In this document: piece after piece, positions 10,129 through 19,627 of the stretch
Position numbering within the stretch: position 1 is the first letter of the stretch
Layout of the letters: every line of letters starts with the position of its first letter
Assembly (NCBI GenBank): GCA_003345545.1
Contig: PRDH01000021.1
Location: 1 to 64,000, forward strand
From: Candidatus Thorarchaeota archaeon
Lineage (GTDB): Archaea > Asgardarchaeota > Thorarchaeia > Thorarchaeales > Thorarchaeaceae
Reading direction: 5' to 3'
DNA length: 64,000 bases
The notes under the pieces: model-generated
The model's database searches: none
What the model was told of the DNA's origin: nothing
What the model saw: the letters and a program-made list of their open reading frames with translations, nothing else
Program-made: the position numbers and the translations under genes

Positions 10129-10216
10129 GATCTCATTGCTATCTCATTCCTGAATACAGCTCGGGACTTCCGAGATACGATGTTATTTCACATCCAGAGA
10201 TGACTATGTCTGAAGA

Positions 10217-10564
10217 ATGCCCATGGAAAATGTTGTATTAGATCAGAGTCTACATCTAGCGGAGTCTGAATTGACGGGACTGGATGAGATTCGCGTTGCC
10301 CTAAAGGGAGTAGAGGAATTGCGAAGAGAAGGGATTGATGCCCGAGTCGAGATTCTTGACAGTGAAGAGGACTCAAGGCCCGGAGTCCCTCTAAGGTCTT
10401 TCAAGGATCTACAGGAATTCATCACCCAACGATACAGCAGAATGCTTGTCACTGGAGTAGACTCTGCCATTCCTCTCGATGACTTCGAAAGGTTAGTCGC
10501 TGAGACCACCACCCGTCTACTTGACGACACTAAGAGAGTCCGCGCTGTAGTGCGAGTTGGCTAA
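10217..10564 (+). CDS. Hypothetical protein
   Basis: 115-aa soluble ORF with plausible composition, co-oriented with neighbours. Confidence 0.55.
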   Translation: MPMENVVLDQSLHLAESELTGLDEIRVALKGVEELRREGIDARVEILDSEEDSRPGVPLRSFKDLQEFITQRYSRMLVTGVDSAIPLDDFERLVAETTTRLLDDTKRVRAVVRVG

Positions 10565-10624
10565 TTGGATATCTGCTCGATGCGATGTGCATCTTTTAAA
10601 TGAGAACTATAGTTAGCCAGACAT

Positions 10625-11041
10625 ATGGCACACACTTTTTCCCTCAGGATAGACCAGATTCAGCTGAGCCAGCTTTACATCAGTTCAGCAAAACTCGCAG
10701 ATGTGATGAGCGCCTTCGAGAATAAACTTGAAGGCAGCTTAGGGCCTATCCCCATTAAGGAGATTGACGGAAAACTGGTTGCTACTGATGGGCATACACG
10801 GCTCCTAGCTTGGCATCTTCATGGCTACGAAGAGGTGGATTGCGAGTGGGAAGACACAGAGATGGATTGGGAGGCGTATCGTGTCTGCATGCAGTGGTGC
10901 AGAGAGGAAGGAATTCAGACTGTTGCCGATCTCAATAACAGAATCATTAGTCCTGAAGACTATAAGGTGCTATGGCTTGATAGATGCCGAGTCATGCAAC
11001 ATGCGCTTGAAATGAAGAATCATCGAAACAACGTGCAGTAA
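10625..11041 (+). CDS. ParB/Srx N-terminal-like domain protein
   Basis: LSQLYIS..K and PIPIKEIDGKLVATDGHTR (DGHxR motif). Confidence 0.7.
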   Translation: MAHTFSLRIDQIQLSQLYISSAKLADVMSAFENKLEGSLGPIPIKEIDGKLVATDGHTRLLAWHLHGYEEVDCEWEDTEMDWEAYRVCMQWCREEGIQTVADLNNRIISPEDYKVLWLDRCRVMQHALEMKNHRNNVQ

Positions 11042-11064
11042 GAAAAAGGTTTCATGAAGCTCCT

Positions 11065-13014
11065 CTACTTCAGCGGTACATGAGGTGAAGACTCCCGAAA
11101 GTTGACGTTGGCAGCATGAGATACATTGTGCCTTCTTCTTAGCCAAGAAGCCACACCCCACGAGGGTAATGTTGATAGTGCTGCCATAAGTCCAAGATTG
11201 GGATAACAGAGTCCGATTATACAGAGCCACATGTAGTAACAACCGACTATGAATGGGCCCCCCAGAACACCCAGACTTAGTAATGGATCTGTTTCCTTAC
11301 GAGACAATTCGTGGCTGATAGAATTAGCACGTGTTGCAATCAAGTAACCAAGATAGATGATTGGTATCCAATAAAGGAACACAATTGCAATGATATTCGG
11401 GAGTAAGTAGCTACTTGGTGCTGGTGTTAGTTGACTCAGGGGTGTCCACCAGAGCGTTGTAAAGAGTGGAACCATGACTGCTCCAGATACACTACTGAAC
11501 GGATCTTCACTTGTATCGAAATTGTAGGTCACCCATGGGAAAAACATTGTAATAAAGTACAACGAAACCGGAAGCAAGTTTGTCCTGAGATTATAGTCCG
11601 TTACAATTCCTGCAAAACTCCTTTTGGCTGCACCATGAATCAGGAGCATGAGCAGTAGTGCAGTTGCCAATATTCCAAGTATCTGTCCCCAATCAAGTAT
11701 GACCCCGAAAGCAGAGAATTGAGAAAAGACAACAGTCACACGGACATTTGAGCTTCCAGCTGTATAGATTCCAAATGCTGCAGTTGCTTGTCTGTAATTG
11801 TAGTGCGCATAGTCAATGAATCGGTGGCCCTCATACACAAGAGGCCTCACATGAATGCCGATACTTGTTCTATTGGGCAGATATAGATACTCTGCATCCT
11901 GAAGAGGATAATCAATCATGTAGTAGGCAACCCCATCTAGAACAGTGACTCTGCTATAAGCAAAGGATGGGTATATGTCAATATACAGCCGTGATGCAGG
12001 AATTCTAATATTGACAAGAATGGATTCATCGGGCCCGACTGAGAAGCTGATATTGATCATGGAATCCAATAGACTATGTCCATGTTTGTAAAACCACCCT
12101 GTTCTTCCCTCATATGTCCCCTCAGCAAGAAAGAGGGTTTCATTGGCGACTCGTGGACCAAATTTGGATGAATCAGTACTATTTCCTGTTCGTGTCAATT
12201 CTACTGCGGGATAGCTGCCCTTTTCTTCGTCGATGTTAGAACCAGCGTGTCTGAGTGATTTCATGTAGGGGTTAAGGAATAGACTCTCTCCATCAGGAGC
12301 TTGAATATCAAACGTGACAGGGAATAGGTTCTCGTTCGAATCAGCTGAGATCACTACATCGCCAATCAAAACTAGTGACTTTTCTGTTGATGCGATCTCT
12401 ACAAGCATTGTAGTTCGGACAATCCATCCAGAACTAAGATTGAATGCTCCACTAAGAGGTGGTTTGCAGACTAAAGTTCCAGACTGACCCTCATCCAAAT
12501 ATGTGCTGTTCTCACCCGCCTCACACCAATTGGGATCGGGCCATGCCCCATAACTGACTCTTAGGCTTGCATTTGCCGAGCCAAGTAGAACTCTGATGTT
12601 TATTGAGAAACTCACCTGAGAATAATTGAACAAAGGCAGAGTAGGGCTTCCGGCAAAACCGATATGTGAGTTGACAATATATCCATCGGGTCGAATACTA
12701 ACACCATCAAGCTCCAGTGTTACACCTTGTGATTCATCGTGGCTCCTGCAAGAGCTCTCGTATAAGATATACCAGTCCGCACCCGGGTCATTGACAGTAC
12801 CATTGTAGACGACTACGCTCGTTCTTTGTGGGTATTCCTCTCTATAGATTGTATATCCTATTGTTCCTTCTATTGAACTTTCATCCCTAGCAATGAAGGC
12901 TGGTTCTAAAGTTCTATGCAGTATTGAGATGACTGGAGCGGTTACAAACATAGTAACGGCGACTAGTACAACTATTTCTTTGAGTCTACGCCCATGTTTC
13001 TCTAGGATTCCCAC
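11065..13014 (-). CDS. Large extracellular-domain polytopic membrane protein
   Basis: Signal/TM, ~400-aa extracellular region with NxS/T sites, ~5 C-terminal TMs; GAGGGTGA SD; more AT-rich than its flanks. Confidence 0.75.
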   Translation of the reverse strand: MGILEKHGRRLKEIVVLVAVTMFVTAPVISILHRTLEPAFIARDESSIEGTIGYTIYREEYPQRTSVVVYNGTVNDPGADWYILYESSCRSHDESQGVTLELDGVSIRPDGYIVNSHIGFAGSPTLPLFNYSQVSFSINIRVLLGSANASLRVSYGAWPDPNWCEAGENSTYLDEGQSGTLVCKPPLSGAFNLSSGWIVRTTMLVEIASTEKSLVLIGDVVISADSNENLFPVTFDIQAPDGESLFLNPYMKSLRHAGSNIDEEKGSYPAVELTRTGNSTDSSKFGPRVANETLFLAEGTYEGRTGWFYKHGHSLLDSMINISFSVGPDESILVNIRIPASRLYIDIYPSFAYSRVTVLDGVAYYMIDYPLQDAEYLYLPNRTSIGIHVRPLVYEGHRFIDYAHYNYRQATAAFGIYTAGSSNVRVTVVFSQFSAFGVILDWGQILGILATALLLMLLIHGAAKRSFAGIVTDYNLRTNLLPVSLYFITMFFPWVTYNFDTSEDPFSSVSGAVMVPLFTTLWWTPLSQLTPAPSSYLLPNIIAIVFLYWIPIIYLGYLIATRANSISHELSRKETDPLLSLGVLGGPFIVGCYYMWLCIIGLCYPNLGLMAALSTLPSWGVASWLRRRHNVSHAANVNFRESSPHVPLK

Positions 13015-13388
13015 TTCACCCTCACGCGAACATACCTGGCCCGCTCGGACTAATTAATACTTGCACTCACCGTTGGGGTTAATGAGGAATCCTTCTTCTT
13101 TCGGATTTCGCTTCAGCAGCACGTAAATGCTGCTTCATATGTCACTGAAGCTTGGATTGAAGTGTCTCTCCTGTTTTATGGGTATTAGAAACCAAGGGAT
13201 TCTATATGATTGAAGCTGCTCCTTATCCAATCATGACTAGCGATAGACTCAAAGATGACCTTCTCGATTGCACGACTGGCTTCTTGGATGATATTGGAGG
13301 ATTCTAAACCCCGCCATTTTGAGGATGATTGGGTTTTGATTTGCTGAAGAAGACTGCCAAGCCCTGCTCTCAACCAAGACAACATTCC

Positions 13389-13991
13389 TCACGGCTTCTC
13401 CCAGAATCCGGCGACTCCTGTCCTTATTCGTGACCCTAGTTGTTTCAGTGCATCAGGAGCATATTCTGGCTTAAGCCATATAAAGAATAGGACAAAGAAG
13501 ATGATGACGATGACTACGGCAGCAATTGCAGGAGCTGCGCCAGCCAGTGTTCCGAGTGAGTCGGCGCTGGTTGTTTCTGTGGTTGATGTTGTACTGGTAG
13601 GCTGCGAATTGGTCGCAGTGGTAGACGTAACAATCAACCATGTAGTGAGGGAGTCTCCCCTACTGCAGAATCCAGTGACAGTAAGATTGTCACCTATGAC
13701 GGTTGAAACACTAAACGTGTCATTCATTCCCCAACTAAATGATTGGTTTTCATAGGATCTGTTCAGCAGGGAAACGCCATTCTTCTGAATCTCAATGGTT
13801 TCAATGTGGTGCGTCTTAGTATTTACGACAGAGTGTGAAACGTTCACCGAAAGGACCTGTGAACCAAAATCATAGACAAGTAGCATATTGGACGGATTTG
13901 TGGCGGCGCCGAGTGGAATATTGGCAAGACCTGTCAGTATCGTGAGTGCGATGACTACAGCTATACCCGCAATCTGCTTCTTAGAACTCAT
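13389..13991 (-). CDS. Secreted Ig-like protein with Thr/Ser linker and TM anchor
   Basis: Signal peptide, beta domain (SH..THHIE..GDNLTVTGFC), TST linker, TM; the frame continues past an in-frame TGA. Confidence 0.7.
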   Translation of the reverse strand: MSSKKQIAGIAVVIALTILTGLANIPLGAATNPSNMLLVYDFGSQVLSVNVSHSVVNTKTHHIETIEIQKNGVSLLNRSYENQSFSWGMNDTFSVSTVIGDNLTVTGFCSRGDSLTTWLIVTSTTATNSQPTSTTSTTETTSADSLGTLAGAAPAIAAVVIVIIFFVLFFIWLKPEYAPDALKQLGSRIRTGVAGFWEKP

Positions 13992-14170
13992 ACCAATTCA
14001 CGTTGTGATAGTTGATGCTATGATATAATAAGCGTATTTTGGCCAGCTATTTGGGCCGTGCAGGCTTGACTCTCTTCTCTGGGCGAGAACGAATATGCTC
14101 CTTGACTCAACTCAGAAAGATGATGCATAAGGCGTCCTTTCGCCTGAAACGACATACAGGGCCTGCGAAC

Positions 14171-14581
14171 CTATTTTAGAGGCACGTAAGAGCTGCTTTT
14201 TGTCGCACCGATTCCCGGGTTACCATGCTTGACGGGTTTGATTGTAAGGCTGAATTCACCGAGGACATGTCCAATCATCTGAGGGATGATCTTGACCCGT
14301 TGGAACTCCTTACCATTATGTACAGCAATGGTGAGGTCGACCATCTCAGGAAGAATGACCATGTCACGGCAGTGGGTCTTTACAACAACATCTTTCCCCT
14401 TCTTGACCTGCTTCCTGGCTGCTCTGAGATTCATCAGGAGCTTCTTCTGTCTCTGAGGAAGGCCTCTTTTGAGAGTCCTTCTTCTGCGTGAAGGGAGCAG
14501 TTCAATGAGCGAGTCCATGTTCATCTTGACTAGCTCAGAGAGGGGATACCCACGATACATTGGTTCGCCTTTTTGTGACAT
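14171..14581 (-). CDS. rps19p: 30S ribosomal protein S19 (uS19), archaeal type
   Basis: [51 protein letters not shown]. Confidence 0.98.
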   Translation of the reverse strand: MSQKGEPMYRGYPLSELVKMNMDSLIELLPSRRRRTLKRGLPQRQKKLLMNLRAARKQVKKGKDVVVKTHCRDMVILPEMVDLTIAVHNGKEFQRVKIIPQMIGHVLGEFSLTIKPVKHGNPGIGATKSSSYVPLK

Positions 14582-14815
14582 GCAATCACCTAGGATGATA
14601 GATTGGGATGGTAGTGACCACCCGAAACACCGGTCAAGCGAGAGAGTCCGGATTTAAGGATTGCGCAACAGCCGCATGAAACCGGCACAACATCGACAAT
14701 CGTCGGGTGGATTACAGTGGAAAACCGGTGTTATCACTATAGGAGATATCCTCCAGCTCAGTACGTCCATGATGACCACCGACGAAACCATCCAGCAATT
14801 CCGCCTGTTCCATGA

Positions 14816-15151
14816 CTATCCTGGTGGGCTTGGCTTTGGAGAGCCTCGATGGGTTTCAATGTATGCCAGCAGGACACATAGCCCCAAGAATGACAGAGTG
14901 TTTAGAATATCGATGACGATGAACTTCTGTTCCAAAGGCAAACTGACATGAGTCACGACGACCAAGTCTGTCATAAGGGCTAGAAACAGCCATGATACTG
15001 CGAATACAACAACTTCGATTGCTGCAATCGCCCAGTACAGGCGCCTAGTTGCACGATTTCTATAACCAAGTATGACAGCCAATAGCGCAAGAATCACAAC
15101 AGCAGCTAGCAGGACTGCCAAGCTTATTCTAGGACCAAGCATTGCCTGCAA
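14816..15151 (-). CDS. 3-TM hypothetical membrane protein
   Basis: Three hydrophobic helices. Confidence 0.6.
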   Translation of the reverse strand: MQAMLGPRISLAVLLAAVVILALLAVILGYRNRATRRLYWAIAAIEVVVFAVSWLFLALMTDLVVVTHVSLPLEQKFIVIDILNTLSFLGLCVLLAYIETHRGSPKPSPPG

Positions 15152-15310
15152 TACTTCACTTCCTTCTCATCATTCTCCTACCGTCCAGACCAGTGATGTG
15201 CACAGTGGAATGGACATTACATTATGTTGAGCGATATGTATGACATTGCACATTCATGGTATTAATGTATTCTTGGATTCCATATCCTAGCCTGTGCTGC
15301 TGCCCATCAC

Positions 15311-15865
15311 TCACGCCTCGGGCTTGACGATAACGTTGCCCTTGTCATCCAGCAAACCTGCCTTCCTCATGGCAACACGGACCCACCCCAACGACTCTTC
15401 CAGACCCGGGTCTCTCACCAAGGCCAGTCGTGCCAGTTCAATTGCTTTCTCCCATCGCTCAAGTTCATAGTTGATCTCAGCCATGTGGAGAATTGCCAGC
15501 GCCATCCTGTCCTCCATATCAACTGCAATCTCGAGACTCCGCAATGCATCCTCAAAGAGCCCTACGTTCCTCAAGAGAACGCCTTTGTTGAAATATGGGA
15601 TTGGGTCGTCTGGATTCATCGCAGCGGCAGCGTCCAACTGCTGTAGTGCCTCTTGTGTGAGAGGGCTATCCTTGTCAGGCCTATCCTGAGCCTGCATGAG
15701 AGCAACTGCTAGACTAATCCTCGCATTCTTGTTGTCAGGTCTTCTTGATAGTATGTTCCTCAGGAGATCAATTGCTTCTTTGGTCTGCCCGTTAGCAAGT
15801 TTCGTTGCTGCCTGTTCATACTCTTTATCTCTGGGACGTCCGAATCGGGGCACTGAAAACACCAT
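15311..15865 (-). CDS. Tetratricopeptide repeat protein
   Basis: TPR consensus, e.g. PYFNKGVLLRNVGLFEDALRSLEIAV. Confidence 0.85.
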   Translation of the reverse strand: MVFSVPRFGRPRDKEYEQAATKLANGQTKEAIDLLRNILSRRPDNKNARISLAVALMQAQDRPDKDSPLTQEALQQLDAAAAMNPDDPIPYFNKGVLLRNVGLFEDALRSLEIAVDMEDRMALAILHMAEINYELERWEKAIELARLALVRDPGLEESLGWVRVAMRKAGLLDDKGNVIVKPEA

Positions 15866-16061
15866 GACTCTCAGCTCGTAAGAGCTCTTAAGTCATCACG
15901 TAGGACCAGCTGAATGTCTTCTGGAGCTGAAGCCCTGAATAGGCGTCTTGTTGAGAGCTCTTTTGAAGAACATGCCGTTCTCTTGAATAAGAGTATCAAT
16001 CAGGATGCATTACAGCAATCGCAGTCTCAATTCACATATGATTTCTCTTGAAAACGAAACG

Positions 16062-16081
16062 ATAGGGCTTTTCAGCCCTAT
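16062..16081 (-). terminator. Stem-loop terminator
   Basis: ATAGGGCT-TTTC-AGCCCTAT, followed on the minus strand by T-rich CGTTTCGTTTTC. Confidence 0.6.
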
Positions 16082-16104
16082 AACTGATTTTCGCTTGAGC
16101 ACCT

Positions 16105-16425
16105 CTACTTCTCTTTCTTCTCAGCGGCTTCTTCTTCATCAAAGTTGAAGTCTTCGAGTGGTTCAGGCGCCGGAGTCGTGAGCATTGTCCAGCCAATCCA
16201 CATCGCAATGACCATTATGAGCACAACTCCGAGGTAGATTGGTAGTTGTACAAGGAAGTCAGGGCTTGGATGCAGAAAACTTCCGAGGGGAAATCCTAAA
16301 CCGTCGAGCCAATCAGATACGCCTGGAATCTGGAGTATAACTAGCCCCCAAGTGTAGTACAGGAGCACAAGCAGTGCGAAGATGAAGATAAGGGCACCAA
16401 TTGCCTTTTCTTTTCCGATTGTCAT
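16105..16425 (-). CDS. DPM2-like two-TM membrane protein
   Basis: EKAIG..IF..ALLVLLYYTW ... LVQLPIYLGVVLIMVIAMWIGWTMLTTP, plus an acidic/basic tail. Confidence 0.65.
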   Translation of the reverse strand: MTIGKEKAIGALIFIFALLVLLYYTWGLVILQIPGVSDWLDGLGFPLGSFLHPSPDFLVQLPIYLGVVLIMVIAMWIGWTMLTTPAPEPLEDFNFDEEEAAEKKEK

Positions 16426-16619
16426 TACTCTCCTCATTATGTTGAAGAATCTATTTCGTTTAGCGCTTGCGCGCTAATAAAAGCATTACGTAGGATGAGT
16501 AGATGAGCTATGTTCCGGAAAATCCGTCAGACTCCATCATTATGTTCGCTATTTGTTCACAATCAGCATTAGAAATCCCAGTATCATTATTAAGGAAATC
16601 CTCCGCTTAGGTAACTGGC

Positions 16620-17468
16620 GTGGTCTGGGACTTGATAGAAAGTGGATATTTCATCCCGGAACAGAATTTTGGAGTACGGATCTATGGATTATCTGCATCG
16701 ACCGTAAAGGCTGAGATTGAGACTCTAACGGGCGTCAATCCTGGTCGAAAGGCAGTCAAGACCAAAGAGACTGGAAGAGTATCTGTGACTCCTGAGATAT
16801 ATTCATCAGCGAAATATGCTGATTGTTGCAGCGGAAGTGGCGGCGGTGGCGGCGATGGCGGGGCGTTCCTCTTCTGTCTCATTCTCGTGGTTGCATTCAT
16901 GGCAGTAGTCGCGATTGTCTGGGCAGTTGTTATGCTTGCTTTCTCGATTCTCACAATCGGTGGTTTTCTCAAGAGGCGATACCGAACGCTGCTTGTCATG
17001 GAGATGAGAAATCGCGAGTTCATAGGGAAGCTTGCAGTGTCAACCTTCAGAAAGGGTGGCGTTATGGAGTACCCCTTTGGACATGATCAATATGATAGTT
17101 GGATGAAACGAGCATTCGCTCTCTTTGTACGATTGAAGCACGTCAGACAGATCAGTCTCCTTTTCGCCACGTTCTGGGGATTCACTGAAGTCGCCTTCAA
17201 ACTCAATCAAGTCTTGCTCAACCCATCACTCAGTTATGACCTGTGGCCACTTCGATATGTGATGATGGCCATCATCATTCCACTCCTTCTGTACAGCCCA
17301 ATTCTAGAAATCCAATTTAGGAATTCTCGAGATACTGGCGACGAAATGATTATGCGTCTTCTGACAGAAAATCCCTCATTCTCGCCGGATACTGCCATGG
17401 TCTTTGAAGAGGAACCAGTACTTACTGCTCCCTTACCGCCACCTAAAGAAGCAAAAAAGAAAAAGTGA
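16620..17468 (+). CDS. Hypothetical membrane protein
   Basis: About 3 TMs, CC-SG-rich linker, Pro/Lys tail. Confidence 0.7.
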   Translation: MVWDLIESGYFIPEQNFGVRIYGLSASTVKAEIETLTGVNPGRKAVKTKETGRVSVTPEIYSSAKYADCCSGSGGGGGDGGAFLFCLILVVAFMAVVAIVWAVVMLAFSILTIGGFLKRRYRTLLVMEMRNREFIGKLAVSTFRKGGVMEYPFGHDQYDSWMKRAFALFVRLKHVRQISLLFATFWGFTEVAFKLNQVLLNPSLSYDLWPLRYVMMAIIIPLLLYSPILEIQFRNSRDTGDEMIMRLLTENPSFSPDTAMVFEEEPVLTAPLPPPKEAKKKK

Positions 17469-17557
17469 GTTGTTTCTCGACTTTTCCTCCTTCATATTGC
17501 TTATAATGCAGTCACTCACTCGGTTGACCTGTCTACTACCATATCTGGGGTGTAACT

Positions 17558-18349
17558 TTGGTCAAGATAGTAGTTCCTGTCAAGCAGGTACCCGAGGTCA
17601 CAGAGGTTCGAATGAATGAAGAGACCGGGACACTGATTCGTGAAGGTGTTCCAAGCATTCTGAATCCTTTTGATGAGATTGCAGTCGAGGCTGCTATCCA
17701 ACTGAAAGAGAAATACGGTGGCGAGGTCACCATTGTCACAATGGGTCCACCGCAGGCAAAGGATGCCCTCCTCAAGGCTCTGGCCATGGGAGGAGATAAG
17801 GCAGTCCACCTGACTGACAGGGCCTTTGCAGGCGCTGATACGTGGGCAACAGCGCTCACCTTGGCAGAGTACATACGCAAGACGGAGTTTGACCTGGTCA
17901 TATGCGGAAAACAGGCGATTGATGGTGATACTGCTCAAGTCGGTCCAGAGCTTGCAGAGCTTCTGGGTGTTCCTCAGATCTGCTATGTGCGCAAGATAGA
18001 GATGAGTGAAGATGGCAAGAACGTGACTGTTCACAGAGGGACTGATGAGGGGTATGAGGTTGTAAAGGCAAAACTTCCAGTATTGCTCACTGCAACAAAG
18101 GGTCTCAATGAGCCCAGGCTCCCGAATATCATGGGGATTATGAAAGCAAAGAAGAAGCCCTACGAAGAAGTGAACATTCAGACTCTTGGTACTAACCCTG
18201 AACGCTTGGGTCTGAAGGGGTCACCAACGCAGGTTCGCAAGGTATTCGCGCCTGAGAAGAAGAAGGGCGGCATAAAGATAGATGCAGAGAATCCTGCAGC
18301 AGCGGCAAAACAGCTAGTGGAGTTCCTTACTAAGAAAGGGGCGATCTAG
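17558..18349 (+). CDS. etfB: Electron transfer flavoprotein subunit beta
   Basis: KQVP, LNPFD, TMGPP, GADTWAT, GKQAIDGDTAQVGP, NEPR, GSPT. Confidence 0.97.
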   Translation: MVKIVVPVKQVPEVTEVRMNEETGTLIREGVPSILNPFDEIAVEAAIQLKEKYGGEVTIVTMGPPQAKDALLKALAMGGDKAVHLTDRAFAGADTWATALTLAEYIRKTEFDLVICGKQAIDGDTAQVGPELAELLGVPQICYVRKIEMSEDGKNVTVHRGTDEGYEVVKAKLPVLLTATKGLNEPRLPNIMGIMKAKKKPYEEVNIQTLGTNPERLGLKGSPTQVRKVFAPEKKKGGIKIDAENPAAAAKQLVEFLTKKGAI

Positions 18350-18351
18350 AA

Positions 18352-19551
18352 ATGAGCCTAATCTATGATAGAGATACTTGCACAGGATGCATGCTCTGTC
18401 CGAAGGCCTGCAACTTCGGAGCAATCATGAAAGACGGTGATAAGGTCAAGTTTGATTTCGACAAGTGTGTCCTCTGCGGCTCGTGCGAAGAAGTCTGCCC
18501 CGTGGACGCCATCAAGATCGAGCGGAAGAAGATCGATCCTAGCAAGATTGCTGAGTACAAGAATGTCTGGGTCTTCTGCGAGACCACCGGAGGACGGCTG
18601 AGAAGTGTTGCCCTGGAGCTCGTCACGAAAGGCAGAGAACTTGCCGATAAGCTGGGTGAGAGACTTGTCGCTGTGATCATTGGTAGTGATATTACAGGTC
18701 ATGCTCAGACCCTTGTTCATCATGGTGCGGATGAAGTACTTGTAGTAGATGCAAAGATATTTGCAGATTATACTACCGATGCATATGCCATTGCTATGAC
18801 GTCACTCATTGCGTCCAGAAAGCCTGCTGTTGTTCTCTACGGCGCGACCAGCAATGGCCGTGACCTTGCACCCCGTATTGCGGCTCGGCTCGGGCTGGGT
18901 CTCACAGCTGACTGTACTGGTCTTGAGATCGATGAGAAGCGTCAACTCATTCAGACCAGACCTGCCTTTGGCGGCAACATCATGGCTGAGATCATCACTC
19001 CCTCCACTCGCCCTCAGATGGCAACAGTGCGTCCGAACGTCTTCAAACCCAAAGAACCTGACACCTCACGCAAGGGAAAGATCGAGAAGGTGAACATGCA
19101 GGTCAGCCCTGTCCAGGTTCGAACGCGAGTCTTGGAGAAGGTGAGTGAGGTCGTTGAGGGTATGAAGGCAGTCGATGAGGCTGATATAATCGTCTGCAGT
19201 GGGCGAGGAATCAAGGATCCGGCGAACCTTGAGCTGCCCAGGCAACTTGCAAAACTGCTTGATGCTGCTATTGGGGGGTCCCGCCCCATCGTTGATATGG
19301 GCTGGCTTCCTCCAACACAACAGGTCGGGCAATCAGGGAGAACAGTCTGTCCGAAGCTCTACTTTGCGCTCGGAATATCTGGAGCTATTCAACATCAGAT
19401 CGGAATGGCCTCAAGTGATACCATAGTTGCCATCAACAAGGACCCAGAAGCTCCGATTTTCAGTATAGCGGACTTTGGAATTGTAGGAGACCTCTTCACG
19501 GTCTTGCCCGAAGTGATTGCAGAGGTAAAACGAGTATTAGATTCAAGATAG
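18352..19551 (+). CDS. etfA: Electron transfer flavoprotein subunit alpha with N-terminal 2x[4Fe-4S] ferredoxin
   Basis: Two CxxCxxCxxxC motifs, then GLTADCT, RPQMATVR, QVGQSG, GISGAIQH, AINKD. Confidence 0.97.
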   Translation: MSLIYDRDTCTGCMLCPKACNFGAIMKDGDKVKFDFDKCVLCGSCEEVCPVDAIKIERKKIDPSKIAEYKNVWVFCETTGGRLRSVALELVTKGRELADKLGERLVAVIIGSDITGHAQTLVHHGADEVLVVDAKIFADYTTDAYAIAMTSLIASRKPAVVLYGATSNGRDLAPRIAARLGLGLTADCTGLEIDEKRQLIQTRPAFGGNIMAEIITPSTRPQMATVRPNVFKPKEPDTSRKGKIEKVNMQVSPVQVRTRVLEKVSEVVEGMKAVDEADIIVCSGRGIKDPANLELPRQLAKLLDAAIGGSRPIVDMGWLPPTQQVGQSGRTVCPKLYFALGISGAIQHQIGMASSDTIVAINKDPEAPIFSIADFGIVGDLFTVLPEVIAEVKRVLDSR

Positions 19552-19570
19552 AGATATCACCATCTATCTT
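19506..19570 (+). repeat. etfA 3' end plus terminator, functional copy A of a dispersed direct repeat
   Basis: GCCCGAAGTGATTGCAGAGGTAAAACGAGTATTAGATTCAAGATAG + 19 nt ending TCTATCTT. Confidence 0.9.
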
Positions 19571-19627
19571 TTCTTGCTCCATTCAACATATTGTAATATT
19601 CACGCAAAAATCCGATCTGCGGCAAAC

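Noticed and set aside
10625-11041. Plasmid or chromosome partition locus
   Set aside because: Only a ParB-N-like domain; no ParA, HTH or parS-like repeats nearby.
17516-18034. Long antisense ORFs over etfB (and similar shadow ORFs over etfA, the ABC genes, mgtA and the AKR)
   Set aside because: They fully overlap well-supported genes on the opposite strand and show no family motifs.
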